Shown here in pieces: positions 22,442-31,772 of a stretch of 34,137 nt of DNA. The stretch covers positions 1 to 34,137 of IMG/VR virus record IMGVR_UViG_3300045988_022110, one strand, 5' to 3'. This DNA comes from a virus. Position numbers and translations under genes: made by a program. The notes below the pieces were generated by a model. That model was not told where the DNA came from. It saw nothing but the letters and a program-made list of their open reading frames with translations, and searched no databases. The number at the start of each line of letters is the position of its first letter. Within the stretch, counting starts at the first letter, position 1.

Positions 22442-24577
22442 ATGCCGAACATCAATACAAAATTTACGCTTTCGGGCGAAAAGGAATACAAAGAGGCACT
22501 CTCCCAGATCGGCAACGGCATGCGCGTGCTGGACGCCGAGATGCGGAAAGTAACGTCTGCGTATGGGAAAAATGCAGACAGCGCAAAGCTGCTAGGGCAA
22601 CAGAATGACATCCTGCAACGGCAGATCTCTTTGCAAACAGAAAAGATCCGCTATATGCAGGAGGCTCTGAAAAATTCCGTAAAAAAAACGGGAGAATCCA
22701 GCAAAGCTACAATGGCGTGGCAGGCCAGCCTGCAAAACGCAACAGCGAAACTGAACGATCTAAATAACCAGATGCGCGAAAATGAAAAGCGCATGGAAGG
22801 CGAAAAAGAACAAACATACCGCAAAAATATCGAACGGCTCAGCGCAAGCATGGACGTGCTGGACGCCGAGATGCGGAAGGTATCGGCAAAATATGCGGAC
22901 AACGCAGAATCAGCAGAACTTTCGGCGGCGAAAACGGACCTGCTAACCCAAAAAATAAGCCTGCAGTATGACAAAATCGACAACCTGAAAGCTGGGCTCG
23001 AAGAAGCTGCAGAAAATTACGGATCAAACGCAGTAGAAACGCTGCGCTGGGAAAAAGAACTCAATAACGCGGAAGCCGAGCTTTACAAGCTGAACGGACA
23101 GCTGAAAAACAACACAGAGCAAATAGAAGACACGACCACCGCAACCGAGGACGCCGGGCAGAGCATGGGCAACCTCGGCGACGTGGTGAATGGCCTGACG
23201 TCCAAGCTCGGCATTCAGCTGCCGGACGGCATGAAGTCCTCCATGAACGCCATGGGGAGCCTTGACGCGTCGTCCCTGGCGCTTGCTGGTACATTCGCTG
23301 CCGTCGCGGCGGCGATCGTAAAAGTCGAAAAGGCCATGATCTCCATGACGAAGGAATCTGCGTCTTTTGCCGACAACATCATCACGCTCTCCATGCAGAC
23401 CGGCCAGACGACTGACCAGCTGCAGGAGTTTTCCTACGCAACCGAGCTGATCGACGTCTCCGTCGATACCCTGCAGGGCAGCCTCCGCAAGCTGACCAAT
23501 AACATGCAGGACACAATAAACGGCACTGGCAACGCGCAGGCGTCGTTTGAAGCACTGGGCATCTCCGTCACAAACGCCGACGGCAGCATGCGCAGCGCGA
23601 ATGACGTTTTTTATGAGACGATTGACGCTCTCGGGAAAGTAAAAAACGAAACCGAGCGGGACGCCATGTCCATGGACATCTTTGGCCGCTCCGCGCAGGA
23701 TCTGAATCCGCTGATCATTCAGGGGTCGGACACCCTCAAGGCCTACGCAGACGAGGCGCACAACGTAGGCTATGTACTGGATGGAGAGGCGCTTTCCGCA
23801 CTCGGAGCGGTCGACGACGCCTATCAGCGCCTGCAGAAGACACAGGAGGGCGTGAAGAACCAGCTGGCCGCCGAGTTCGCGCCGTACCTAGAGGAATTTT
23901 ACGGCGACGCGACGCAGGGCGTGAAGGATCTCGGGAAGGCAATCAAGGATTCAGGAATCGTCGACGCCTTCGGCATGCTGCTTGAGACGGTCGGCGATAT
24001 CCTAAATCCCATGTCCGACCTGTCCGGCAACCGCGTCCCGGCGCTGACCAACGCCCTGCGGCCGCTGGCGGAGGTCATGGCGCTGATCGCCGACACAGCG
24101 GACTTTTTTGCGGGCCTGTTTACGCTGGATTTTAAGAAAATGGGCAATGCCCTAGGCTTTGGATATGCCAGCGGAAACGGCAATAAGTACCAGACACTGC
24201 AGGACAGCTACGCGGCAAAATCGTGGGGCAGCAGCGCGTCCGACCTGTCCAAGGCCTACGAGGACGCCGCTGCCCGCGGCGACTCGTCCACCATCGGCAT
24301 CACGGAGGACGAATGGGTCCGGCGCTATCTGGGCGGCAACGCCGCAGGCACGGACAACTGGTCTGGCGGCTGGACGCGGGTCAACGAAAACGGCCTTGAG
24401 CGGATCTATCTCCCCTCCGGATCGCGCATCCAGACGGCCAGCGAGACCCGCTACACGGGCGGCGGCGACATCTACATCGACAAAGTCATCATCCCGGCGT
24501 CCGATATCCGGGAGCTGAACGATATCGTGACGATCTTTACCAACGAGCGAATCACACAGCGAATGGGGGCGAAGTAA
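22442..24577 (+). CDS. Tape measure protein, 711 aa
   Basis: Long helical protein after the chaperones. It has an internal duplication and a hydrophobic central segment. Confidence 0.9.
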   Translation: MPNINTKFTLSGEKEYKEALSQIGNGMRVLDAEMRKVTSAYGKNADSAKLLGQQNDILQRQISLQTEKIRYMQEALKNSVKKTGESSKATMAWQASLQNATAKLNDLNNQMRENEKRMEGEKEQTYRKNIERLSASMDVLDAEMRKVSAKYADNAESAELSAAKTDLLTQKISLQYDKIDNLKAGLEEAAENYGSNAVETLRWEKELNNAEAELYKLNGQLKNNTEQIEDTTTATEDAGQSMGNLGDVVNGLTSKLGIQLPDGMKSSMNAMGSLDASSLALAGTFAAVAAAIVKVEKAMISMTKESASFADNIITLSMQTGQTTDQLQEFSYATELIDVSVDTLQGSLRKLTNNMQDTINGTGNAQASFEALGISVTNADGSMRSANDVFYETIDALGKVKNETERDAMSMDIFGRSAQDLNPLIIQGSDTLKAYADEAHNVGYVLDGEALSALGAVDDAYQRLQKTQEGVKNQLAAEFAPYLEEFYGDATQGVKDLGKAIKDSGIVDAFGMLLETVGDILNPMSDLSGNRVPALTNALRPLAEVMALIADTADFFAGLFTLDFKKMGNALGFGYASGNGNKYQTLQDSYAAKSWGSSASDLSKAYEDAAARGDSSTIGITEDEWVRRYLGGNAAGTDNWSGGWTRVNENGLERIYLPSGSRIQTASETRYTGGGDIYIDKVIIPASDIRELNDIVTIFTNERITQRMGAK

Positions 24578-26665
24578 GTGCCAACCTTTACAGTACAGGC
24601 AAGCGGGTCGACGGCAGTCTCCAAGTCCCACCCGAACACAAACTATTCGAATCTTACGCAGTACAAGCTGTTTGTCGATCCGTTTACAAACCATGACGGA
24701 ACATATGACGGCTGGGATAATATCCTGCTGAAATTCGGCGAGCCTGCGGCAGCATACAAGTACAAACGTATCACAAAGGTGAGGCTTGTAATATACGCCA
24801 TGCCAACAGCCGGTACTTTGGGAAGTTGGGGAGCTGCATACATAGCGGCTTACGGGCAAGGCTTGGCAGAGCCGCTCGACACAGGCACGGTAACATACGC
24901 GACGCAGCCGAAACCATATGGCAATGGAGACGGCGTCGGGTCTGCAAGATGGAGTGAGCTTAACCAGGTCGTACAGGCGGAAGTCGTCTTCTCAATGTCG
25001 CTATACGAAGCGGCCCGGAAGAAAAACCTTGAGAGTGGAATGCGAAACGGATTTGCATTTGCGTTCTCGAGCGGAGGAGACGGGAACGCATCCGAAGCGA
25101 TTTTTTATGGCGTAAAGTCGTCCTACAAACCGTTTTTGGAATGTGAGTATTCGGATGATGACGTCGGAATACAGGCCAGCGATTTTGCACCATCTTCCGG
25201 GGCGTTTGTGAATCGAACGCAAAAAAATACGTTCACATGGGCCTGCAAAGACGACACAGACCTCACACAGGTCTGCTTCGCAGAGATAAAGCAAACATCT
25301 GCAGTATTCGAGTGGCGCGCCAAAAATGCGAGCACCTCAAACACGATCAGCGTCTCCGGCGCGACGACCTCTTGCACAGTCCCGGCAAACACATTCCTGT
25401 CCGGGACGATCGAGTGGCGCGTAAAGGTGACGGCGAACAGCGGAACGACAACAACGTCTGCATGGCAGGAGATCACAACGACGGACGTCACACCATCCTG
25501 CAAGCCGGTCTCCCCATCCGGCATCGTCATCGACGCCACCATCGTCAACCGCTTTAGCTGGCAGCACATCATTTCCACCGGCACGCCGCAGAGCAAGGCC
25601 GACCTGCAATGGTCCGCCGACGGCGCGACGTGGAACACCCTCGCGACCGTTACCGGCGCGGATCAGTATTACAACGTCCCCGCGAACACCTTTACGAGCG
25701 GGACAAAATACTGGCGCGTGAGAACCTACAACACCGACAACACGGCCTCAGCGTGGAGCAACGCGGCGGAGTTTATCGCCATCAACGCGCCGCCCGCCCC
25801 GTCCATCGTCATCCAGTCCACCGGCCCGCGCCCGCGCATCACGTGGCAAACGTCGGAGCAGGAGGCCTATCAGCTGACGCTCTCCAACGGCTATGCATCC
25901 GGCACGGTCTACGGTACGGAAAAGGCATGGCGCTCGCCTGTCTATCTGACCGACGGCAGCTATACCGTCCGAGTCCGCGTGCAGAATCAATACGGCATGT
26001 GGTCGGAGTGGAGCGCCGCTGCCCTGCCCGTCTCCCATACCGAGGGCGAAGCGATCACCCTGACCGTCTCTGCCGGGCGCGAGGCGGCGCTCAGCTGGCA
26101 GACGGCTGGGAGCTATGACTTTTACCTGATCGAGCGGGACGGCGTCGCCATCGCACGCACAGGCACCAAGGGATACACCGACAAGCGGAGCATCGGTTCC
26201 GTCACCTATCGCGTCCGCGGCTGCTACGATGACAGCGATAACTACGGCGTGTCCAATTCGGACACCGTAGAGATCCTGCCGGAGACCAATACGATCTGCG
26301 ACCTGTCGACCGGCGTCTGGCTCGATATGCGCCTGTCCGAGACGCAGCTGCGCACCAACCGCGTCAGCTTCGCAGCCGGCGTCAGCACGGTCCATCTGGC
26401 CGGGCTTGCCTACCCCGTGGAGGAGCGCAGCGAGCAGCGCGACCGGTCACTCGCCGTCGCATGCGCGTGGCCGCACAGCCAGCGAGCCAGCGCGCTCGCG
26501 CTCGAGGCCCTTGTCGGGCGGCTTGTCTGTCTGAAAGATCACTACGGCAACATGGCGATCGGCACGCTTCCGTCGCTGGAGAGCAACAGCGACGAGTTTA
26601 TGCGGCGGTACTCCTTTACCGTCACCCATACCAATCAGGAGGAGGCGATCACCCTTGACCCGTGA
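24578..26665 (+). CDS. Large tail-tip protein, 695 aa: DNRLRE-like N-terminal domain, FN3-like repeats, distal-tail-like C-terminal region
   Basis: GTG start directly after the tape measure stop. Repeated segments end in EWRVKVT.., YWRVRTYN..ASAWS and ..MWSEWS. Position corresponds to Dit. Confidence 0.65.
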   Translation: MPTFTVQASGSTAVSKSHPNTNYSNLTQYKLFVDPFTNHDGTYDGWDNILLKFGEPAAAYKYKRITKVRLVIYAMPTAGTLGSWGAAYIAAYGQGLAEPLDTGTVTYATQPKPYGNGDGVGSARWSELNQVVQAEVVFSMSLYEAARKKNLESGMRNGFAFAFSSGGDGNASEAIFYGVKSSYKPFLECEYSDDDVGIQASDFAPSSGAFVNRTQKNTFTWACKDDTDLTQVCFAEIKQTSAVFEWRAKNASTSNTISVSGATTSCTVPANTFLSGTIEWRVKVTANSGTTTTSAWQEITTTDVTPSCKPVSPSGIVIDATIVNRFSWQHIISTGTPQSKADLQWSADGATWNTLATVTGADQYYNVPANTFTSGTKYWRVRTYNTDNTASAWSNAAEFIAINAPPAPSIVIQSTGPRPRITWQTSEQEAYQLTLSNGYASGTVYGTEKAWRSPVYLTDGSYTVRVRVQNQYGMWSEWSAAALPVSHTEGEAITLTVSAGREAALSWQTAGSYDFYLIERDGVAIARTGTKGYTDKRSIGSVTYRVRGCYDDSDNYGVSNSDTVEILPETNTICDLSTGVWLDMRLSETQLRTNRVSFAAGVSTVHLAGLAYPVEERSEQRDRSLAVACAWPHSQRASALALEALVGRLVCLKDHYGNMAIGTLPSLESNSDEFMRRYSFTVTHTNQEEAITLDP

Positions 26666-27701
26666 CGTCCGATACCGCGTCGACGTCCTGCGAAACGGCG
26701 CGCCCATCACGCAGCTCCAATGGGCCGACGGCGACGCGCCGCAGATCATGTGGGATCGCGCGGCAAACATCCATGGCGCGCTGCGCGGAAGCTTCCGACC
26801 GAACGACCTCGCGGAACTAGAATCCGATGAGCTGCGTCCATGGATGAGCGTTGACGGCGTCGAGACCTCGCTCGGGATCTATCAGGCCACGACCGTCAGC
26901 AAAAAAGGCAGCGCCGGAAGCATGCGCATCGAAATCGAAGCGTATGACCGCTGCTGGCGGGTGTATACGCAGAAAACAGAGACGCTCCTGCATCTTTCTG
27001 CCGGCGCGTCCTATCTTACGGAGATCCGCAAACTGCTCACTACCTGCGGCGTTACATTGGTGATTGCCACACCGAACGACGCAGTCCTCGCGACAGACCG
27101 CGAGGACTGGGACATCGGCACCAGCTATCTGACGATCGTCAATGCCCTGCTATCAGAAATCAATTATGAGAGCCTGTGGTTTGATGCAGACGGCGTCTGC
27201 CGCCTGGAGCCATACCAGGAGCCGTCCGCCGCGCTCATCGACTGGCGATACGGCACGACAGATCTGTTTTTGCCGGAAAAGCATCTGGGGCAAAACTGGT
27301 CGGACGAGACGGATATTTTTGACGCCCCGAACGTCTTTGTCGTGACCTGCAACAACCCGGACCTGGACGCGGCCATGGTGGCGACCGCCGTCAACGACAA
27401 TCCGGCGTCCAAAAAATCCACCTTCAAACGCGGCATGCGCATCACCTCTGTCGAGCGGGTGGACAACATTGCGTCGCAGGAGGAGCTGCAGGCCTACGCA
27501 GACAAACGCCGCAACGAATCCCTACTGGCTGCGCGCGCGATCACGTTTTACACGCTCAACGAGCCGGGCCACGGCGTCGGCGATATCCTCGCTCTGACGC
27601 ACGACGACCTCGGAGGCATCTACCTTGAGACCGGCTGGTCGATCACGATGCAGGCCGGCAGCCTCATGACACACTCAGCAAAAAGGACGGTGATCGCCTG
27701 A
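26655..27701 (+). CDS. Tail-tip / baseplate hub (Tal-like) protein, 348 aa
   Basis: TTG start after AGGAGGAGG. Second gene after the tape measure. Assigned by position. Confidence 0.55.
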   Translation: MTRDVRYRVDVLRNGAPITQLQWADGDAPQIMWDRAANIHGALRGSFRPNDLAELESDELRPWMSVDGVETSLGIYQATTVSKKGSAGSMRIEIEAYDRCWRVYTQKTETLLHLSAGASYLTEIRKLLTTCGVTLVIATPNDAVLATDREDWDIGTSYLTIVNALLSEINYESLWFDADGVCRLEPYQEPSAALIDWRYGTTDLFLPEKHLGQNWSDETDIFDAPNVFVVTCNNPDLDAAMVATAVNDNPASKKSTFKRGMRITSVERVDNIASQEELQAYADKRRNESLLAARAITFYTLNEPGHGVGDILALTHDDLGGIYLETGWSITMQAGSLMTHSAKRTVIA

Positions 27702-28186
27702 TGGAGGGCATCAACAGCTTATTTGCATCATCGATCAGCATGCCGGACGAAAATCTGCCGGAAAACTTTCTGGCGACCGTCGGCGCGGTCTATGACGATG
27801 GTCTGTCCCTCATCCTAGAGGGGCAGACGGAAGCCACAACAAAGCACTATAAATGCAACACGTCCGCCACATTTGCCGCGGGCGACCGCGTCAAGGTCGC
27901 ACGGATCTCCGGCAGCTATATCGTCGAGTACGTCGTCGGCCCGCCGGGCAGCGGCGGAACGACAGAAACACCGTATGCGATCCAGCGCGGGAGTAACGGT
28001 ATATTTGTACATGCAAGCAAAAATATGCTGGTGCCGATGGTGAAGGATATGTACATAGGAGCAACAGATAAGCCAGTGAATTTGGCAGCGAAGTATCTGT
28101 ATATGTGCTACAACAACTACACCCGCGCGGAGATATACTGCAACAACGCAGGCAAGCTTGTCGTAAATGGCACAGTAATTGGATAG
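27701..28186 (+). CDS. Tail/baseplate accessory protein, 161 aa
   Basis: ATGA overlap. The N-terminal part (GAVYDDGLSLILEG...GDRVKVARISGSYIVEYVV) resembles small OB-fold baseplate proteins. Confidence 0.45.
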   Translation: MEGINSLFASSISMPDENLPENFLATVGAVYDDGLSLILEGQTEATTKHYKCNTSATFAAGDRVKVARISGSYIVEYVVGPPGSGGTTETPYAIQRGSNGIFVHASKNMLVPMVKDMYIGATDKPVNLAAKYLYMCYNNYTRAEIYCNNAGKLVVNGTVIG

Positions 28187-28198
28187 GAGGAAAACAGC

Positions 28199-28837
28199 AT
28201 GATCCAGATCCACATCACCAAAGCCTGCGCGCATCTGTGCTCGCCGCCGGAGCTTCTGACGGCGGGCATGGCCAAGGCTGTGACCGTTGAGTTTGTGTTT
28301 TCTGACGATTGGAGCGGGCTGGCGAAGACAGCCGTCTTCTCGGCCGGCAGAACTACCGTGGATGTGCTGGAAAGCGCGTGGGACGGCAACAAGGTTGTGG
28401 TGCCGCATGAAATTCTGGCAGACGCGGGGCCGATCGCACGCGTCGGCGTCTACGGCGCAAACGCGGACGGGCTAATATTGCCGACAGTGTGGGTAACGCT
28501 CGGCAAAGTCATGCCGGCGGCAGAGCCGTCCGGAGATCCGGGGGCAGACCCGACGCTGCCCGTCTGGGCGCAGCTGCAAAACCAGATCGGCGATCTGGAC
28601 GACCTCAAGACCTACAACAAGGGCAACCTCGTCGACGCCATCAACGAGGCCCGCAGTTCCGGCGGCTCCGGCGGCGGAGGCTACACCATCGGCGACGGCC
28701 TCAAACTCGACGCGGCCACCAATACTCTGTCCGTCGACACGGCGGATAAAGTCGAACAGGACAACACCAAGCCCGTCACGTCCGCCGCCGTCTACACGGA
28801 GGTCGGCAACATCAACGCCCTGCTGGCGACAATCTAA
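28199..28837 (+). CDS. Tail fibre / receptor-binding-associated protein, 212 aa
   Basis: Gly-rich linker SSGGSGGGG. LPVWAQLQNQIGDLDDLKT and the C-terminal NTKPVTSAAVYTEVGNINALLATI are motifs common in fibre proteins. Confidence 0.6.
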   Translation: MIQIHITKACAHLCSPPELLTAGMAKAVTVEFVFSDDWSGLAKTAVFSAGRTTVDVLESAWDGNKVVVPHEILADAGPIARVGVYGANADGLILPTVWVTLGKVMPAAEPSGDPGADPTLPVWAQLQNQIGDLDDLKTYNKGNLVDAINEARSSGGSGGGGYTIGDGLKLDAATNTLSVDTADKVEQDNTKPVTSAAVYTEVGNINALLATI

Positions 28838-28849
28838 AGGAGTGATTTT

Positions 28850-29731
28850 ATGAGCACACAGACGGAAATTACCAGACTGCAGACCGCGCGGAACAAGCTG
28901 CGCACATGGCTCGTCGGCCTCGGGCTTGCCGCGAGCACGGACAAGCTCGACGCGCTGGCCGACAAGGCGGCAGCCATCAAAAATAACGGCGCGATCGATG
29001 CGCAGGTCAAGGAGGGCGAGAGCTACACTGTTCCGAAGGGCTATCACGACGGAACAGGTACGGTCAAGGGCGTCGGAGGCGGCGGCAATTACCAGCTGCA
29101 AGCCAAGACCGTCACGCCGACCAAGGAGCAGCAGGCGATCACGCCCGATCAGGGCTATTATGGCCTGTCCGGCGTCACCGTCGGCGCGATCCCAGAAAAC
29201 TACCAGGACGTATCCGCCACGACTGCAGCGCCCGGCGACGTGCTGGCGAACAAAGTCTTTATCGACGCCGACGGCGTGACGCAGGCAGGCACCATGCCGG
29301 ACAACGGCGCGGTATCTAAGGTGCTGGACGCCACGACCGGAAATCAGGAATACACCGTCCCGGCTGGCAAGCACTCCGGCGCGGGCAAGGTAGCCATCGT
29401 GCTGGAAACCAAGTCCGCCACGCCTGCCGAGGCCGCGCAGGACATCACGCCGACGAAGGGCAAGGTTCTCGGCAAGGTCACGGTCGGGGCCATCCCGGCC
29501 AAGTACAAAGACGTTTCCGGCGTGACCGCCGGAGCTGCTGACGTGCTGGACGGCAAGTTTATCGTGCTGGCCGACGGCAGCAAGGTCGAGGGCACCATGG
29601 CCAACAACGGCGCGATCGCAAAGACCATCGACGGTCTGACACAGACAAGCGTCGCGGTCCCAGCGGGCTACACCTCCGGCGGCACGGTATCGCTGACCGA
29701 CGCGATCGAAACGGCACTTGCCGCGATCTAA
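28850..29731 (+). CDS. Tail fibre protein with about 2.3 internal repeats of roughly 100 aa, 293 aa
   Basis: Repeat units run NNGAID...GTMP, DNGAVS...GTMA and NNGAIA.... They share YTVP-G, TPT, VTVGAIP-Y-DVS and DVL motifs. Confidence 0.6.
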   Translation: MSTQTEITRLQTARNKLRTWLVGLGLAASTDKLDALADKAAAIKNNGAIDAQVKEGESYTVPKGYHDGTGTVKGVGGGGNYQLQAKTVTPTKEQQAITPDQGYYGLSGVTVGAIPENYQDVSATTAAPGDVLANKVFIDADGVTQAGTMPDNGAVSKVLDATTGNQEYTVPAGKHSGAGKVAIVLETKSATPAEAAQDITPTKGKVLGKVTVGAIPAKYKDVSGVTAGAADVLDGKFIVLADGSKVEGTMANNGAIAKTIDGLTQTSVAVPAGYTSGGTVSLTDAIETALAAI

Positions 29732-29743
29732 GGAGGAACAGAC

Positions 29744-30055
29744 ATGAGCATTCGGAGCGAGATCGACCGCATCGCGGGTGCGAAAACCACGCTCGGCAAT
29801 TATTTGCAGCAAAACGGCGTTTCCGTGCCGCAGGGCGCGACGCTGGATGAAATGGCGCTGCAGCTCGCCGACGTCATTGAGAAGCAGAACAAGATCACCG
29901 CCGCCGGAATCCTCAAGGGCGACGGCGAGGGCGGCGTCGCCGCCGCCGAAGCCGGGACGGACTATATGAAGACCGGCAACATCACCAAGCAGACGCTGGT
30001 CTCCGCGGAGACCACGCCGACCGAGAACATGGCAATCAACTGGCAATATGAGTGA
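29744..30055 (+). CDS. Tail fibre-associated protein, 103 aa, with an N-terminus paralogous to the previous gene
   Basis: SEIDRIAGAKTTLGNYLQQNG...LDEMALQLADVI aligns by eye with TEITRLQTARNKLRTWLVGLG...LDALADKAAAI. Confidence 0.5.
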   Translation: MSIRSEIDRIAGAKTTLGNYLQQNGVSVPQGATLDEMALQLADVIEKQNKITAAGILKGDGEGGVAAAEAGTDYMKTGNITKQTLVSAETTPTENMAINWQYE

Positions 30056-30064
30056 GGAGGCCAC

Positions 30065-30526
30065 ATGGCGCACAAGACATTGATCTCCGGCACGGCCTAT
30101 TCCGTGACCGGCGGTCGGGAGCTGATCGGCGGCACAGAATATGGTATCAGTGGAGGCAGAACCCTAGTCGATGGAACTGGGTACAATATCATACTATCTA
30201 AGAAAACAATATCGTTGACAATTAGTGGAGCAATAATCACAGGTGGAAGTTATGGAAGTTACGTTCAAGTTGGTGATACGAAATACAATGCAGTTAGAGC
30301 GTATGAGATTGAATCTGGTGCGACAATAACAGTCGTTGCCGGTGCAGCTAGAAGTTCATATTGGAGTTCGACATATATTTTACTAAATGGAACAAGATAC
30401 GAATCTAGTGAGCCGGGTATTATGGCGACATGCTCATTTGAATCTGAAACTAACGTGCAGGTTCAGTATTATCAAAGAAATAGTGGAGTAAGGGCATTTA
30501 ACTATGCGCATGTAACAACAGACTGA
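30065..30526 (+). CDS. Putative receptor-binding tail protein, 153 aa, chimeric in GC content
   Basis: N-terminal GT-Y-x-GGR repeats are encoded in apparently high-GC DNA (not counted). From about 30175 the coding DNA drops to roughly 30-40 percent GC by hand count. Confidence 0.55.
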   Translation: MAHKTLISGTAYSVTGGRELIGGTEYGISGGRTLVDGTGYNIILSKKTISLTISGAIITGGSYGSYVQVGDTKYNAVRAYEIESGATITVVAGAARSSYWSSTYILLNGTRYESSEPGIMATCSFESETNVQVQYYQRNSGVRAFNYAHVTTD

Positions 30527-30544
30527 TAAAGTGAGAGGCAAAAA

Positions 30545-30910
30545 ATGATTTATTTCAAAACAAACAACACAGAATACTCGGCAAGCATCGCCGGAAAAAT
30601 GACAGATCGGGACTGGGACAACCGCGAATCCAAAGCGATTACGCTTGAAATGATATACGCAGAGGCTGCCCAGCTCTTTGTCGATGGCCTGAGCTGGGCT
30701 ATCGTCCAGCGGGATACTGTGCCAGTTTACGATGAGAGCGGCAACCCAACTGGCGAGACGACCGAGCAGGTGCAGGAATGGGACAATTCCGACTTCTGCG
30801 TCGCGGGCCCCATCACCGACAACCGCGACGGCACTTGCACCTGCAAGATGGGCAAGAAAACGGCCAGCGATATTCTGGCGGAATTGGAGGCTACCTATGA
30901 CGGAAACTAA
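30545..30910 (+). CDS. Hypothetical protein, 121 aa
   Basis: GAGAGG RBS, ATG at 30545. The first ~50 nt still lie in the low-GC segment. Confidence 0.6.
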   Translation: MIYFKTNNTEYSASIAGKMTDRDWDNRESKAITLEMIYAEAAQLFVDGLSWAIVQRDTVPVYDESGNPTGETTEQVQEWDNSDFCVAGPITDNRDGTCTCKMGKKTASDILAELEATYDGN

Positions 30911-31223
30911 GCTTACGCAGATCAAAACCGCCATCAAGGACGGCAAGCTGGTGCAGGAGGCAGGCGGCATCACGAAGGACGTGACGCAATCGGACAAGCT
31001 GGGCTACGACTGGCGCAACATCTACGTCAACGACGTGCTGGTGCGGCAAGAATACGTCGAGCAGGCTGTGAAAGCCGGCACGGCGGACAACCCAATCGTG
31101 TGGAAGGCCGGCATGCCCCTCATCCAGAACGCCTACTACACCCACAACGGCGAGATCAAGGTCTGGATGGGCACGGCCGGGAAAAAGGCCGACTGGACAG
31201 ACGCGGCCTTTGTGCCGATCTGA
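30897..31223 (+). CDS. Hypothetical protein, 108 aa
   Basis: ATG at 30897 after GGAGG. The upstream part of the track ORF overlaps the previous gene in another frame. Confidence 0.55.
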   Translation: MTETKLTQIKTAIKDGKLVQEAGGITKDVTQSDKLGYDWRNIYVNDVLVRQEYVEQAVKAGTADNPIVWKAGMPLIQNAYYTHNGEIKVWMGTAGKKADWTDAAFVPI

Positions 31224-31244
31224 TAACGCAGAAGGGAGAACAAC

Positions 31245-31538
31245 ATGGACTTGCAGGATTTGAGCATTGCAGTCGCGGAGATCAGGGGCGACGTTAAGCG
31301 AAACACCGGGAGAATCAAGGCAATGGAAGAGAAAACAGACGCCGTGACTAAGCTCGCGGAAGCTGTAGCCGTAATGGCAGAACACATGAAGACGCTCGAC
31401 GATAAAATAGACGGCATGCAGCAGAGCGTGGACACACTGACCGCGCGACCGGGCAAGCACTGGGACGCGCTGGTCAAGATCGTCGCGACCGCACTGGTCA
31501 CGGGCATCATCGGCTGGGTGCTGGGTAAAATTTTGTAA
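31245..31538 (+). CDS. xhlA: XhlA-like lysis-associated membrane protein, 97 aa
   Basis: N-terminal coiled coil plus a single C-terminal TM helix (IVATALVTGIIGWVLGKIL). Lies immediately upstream of the holin and amidase. Confidence 0.65.
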   Translation: MDLQDLSIAVAEIRGDVKRNTGRIKAMEEKTDAVTKLAEAVAVMAEHMKTLDDKIDGMQQSVDTLTARPGKHWDALVKIVATALVTGIIGWVLGKIL

Positions 31539-31577
31539 CACACGCCGCAAGGCGCGAATTTGAAAGGAGAACTACAT

Positions 31578-31772
31578 ATGAACGCAAAATGGTGGAAAGC
31601 CGCGGGCATCCGCGCGATCAAGACCGTCGCCCAGACGGCAGTCGCAACTATCGGCACGAGCGCGATCCTGTCCGAAGTAAACTGGATCGCCGTCGCCTCA
31701 GCCTCTGCGCTGGCGGGCATCCTGTCCCTGCTGACGAGCGTCGCGGGCCTGCCGGAGGTAAAAGAAGAATGA
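31578..31772 (+). CDS. Holin, 64 aa, two TM helices
   Basis: ATG at 31578 after AAGGAG. AIKTVAQTAVATIG and VASASALAGILSLLTSVAGLPE hydrophobic helices. The stop overlaps the endolysin start. Confidence 0.75.
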   Translation: MNAKWWKAAGIRAIKTVAQTAVATIGTSAILSEVNWIAVASASALAGILSLLTSVAGLPEVKEE

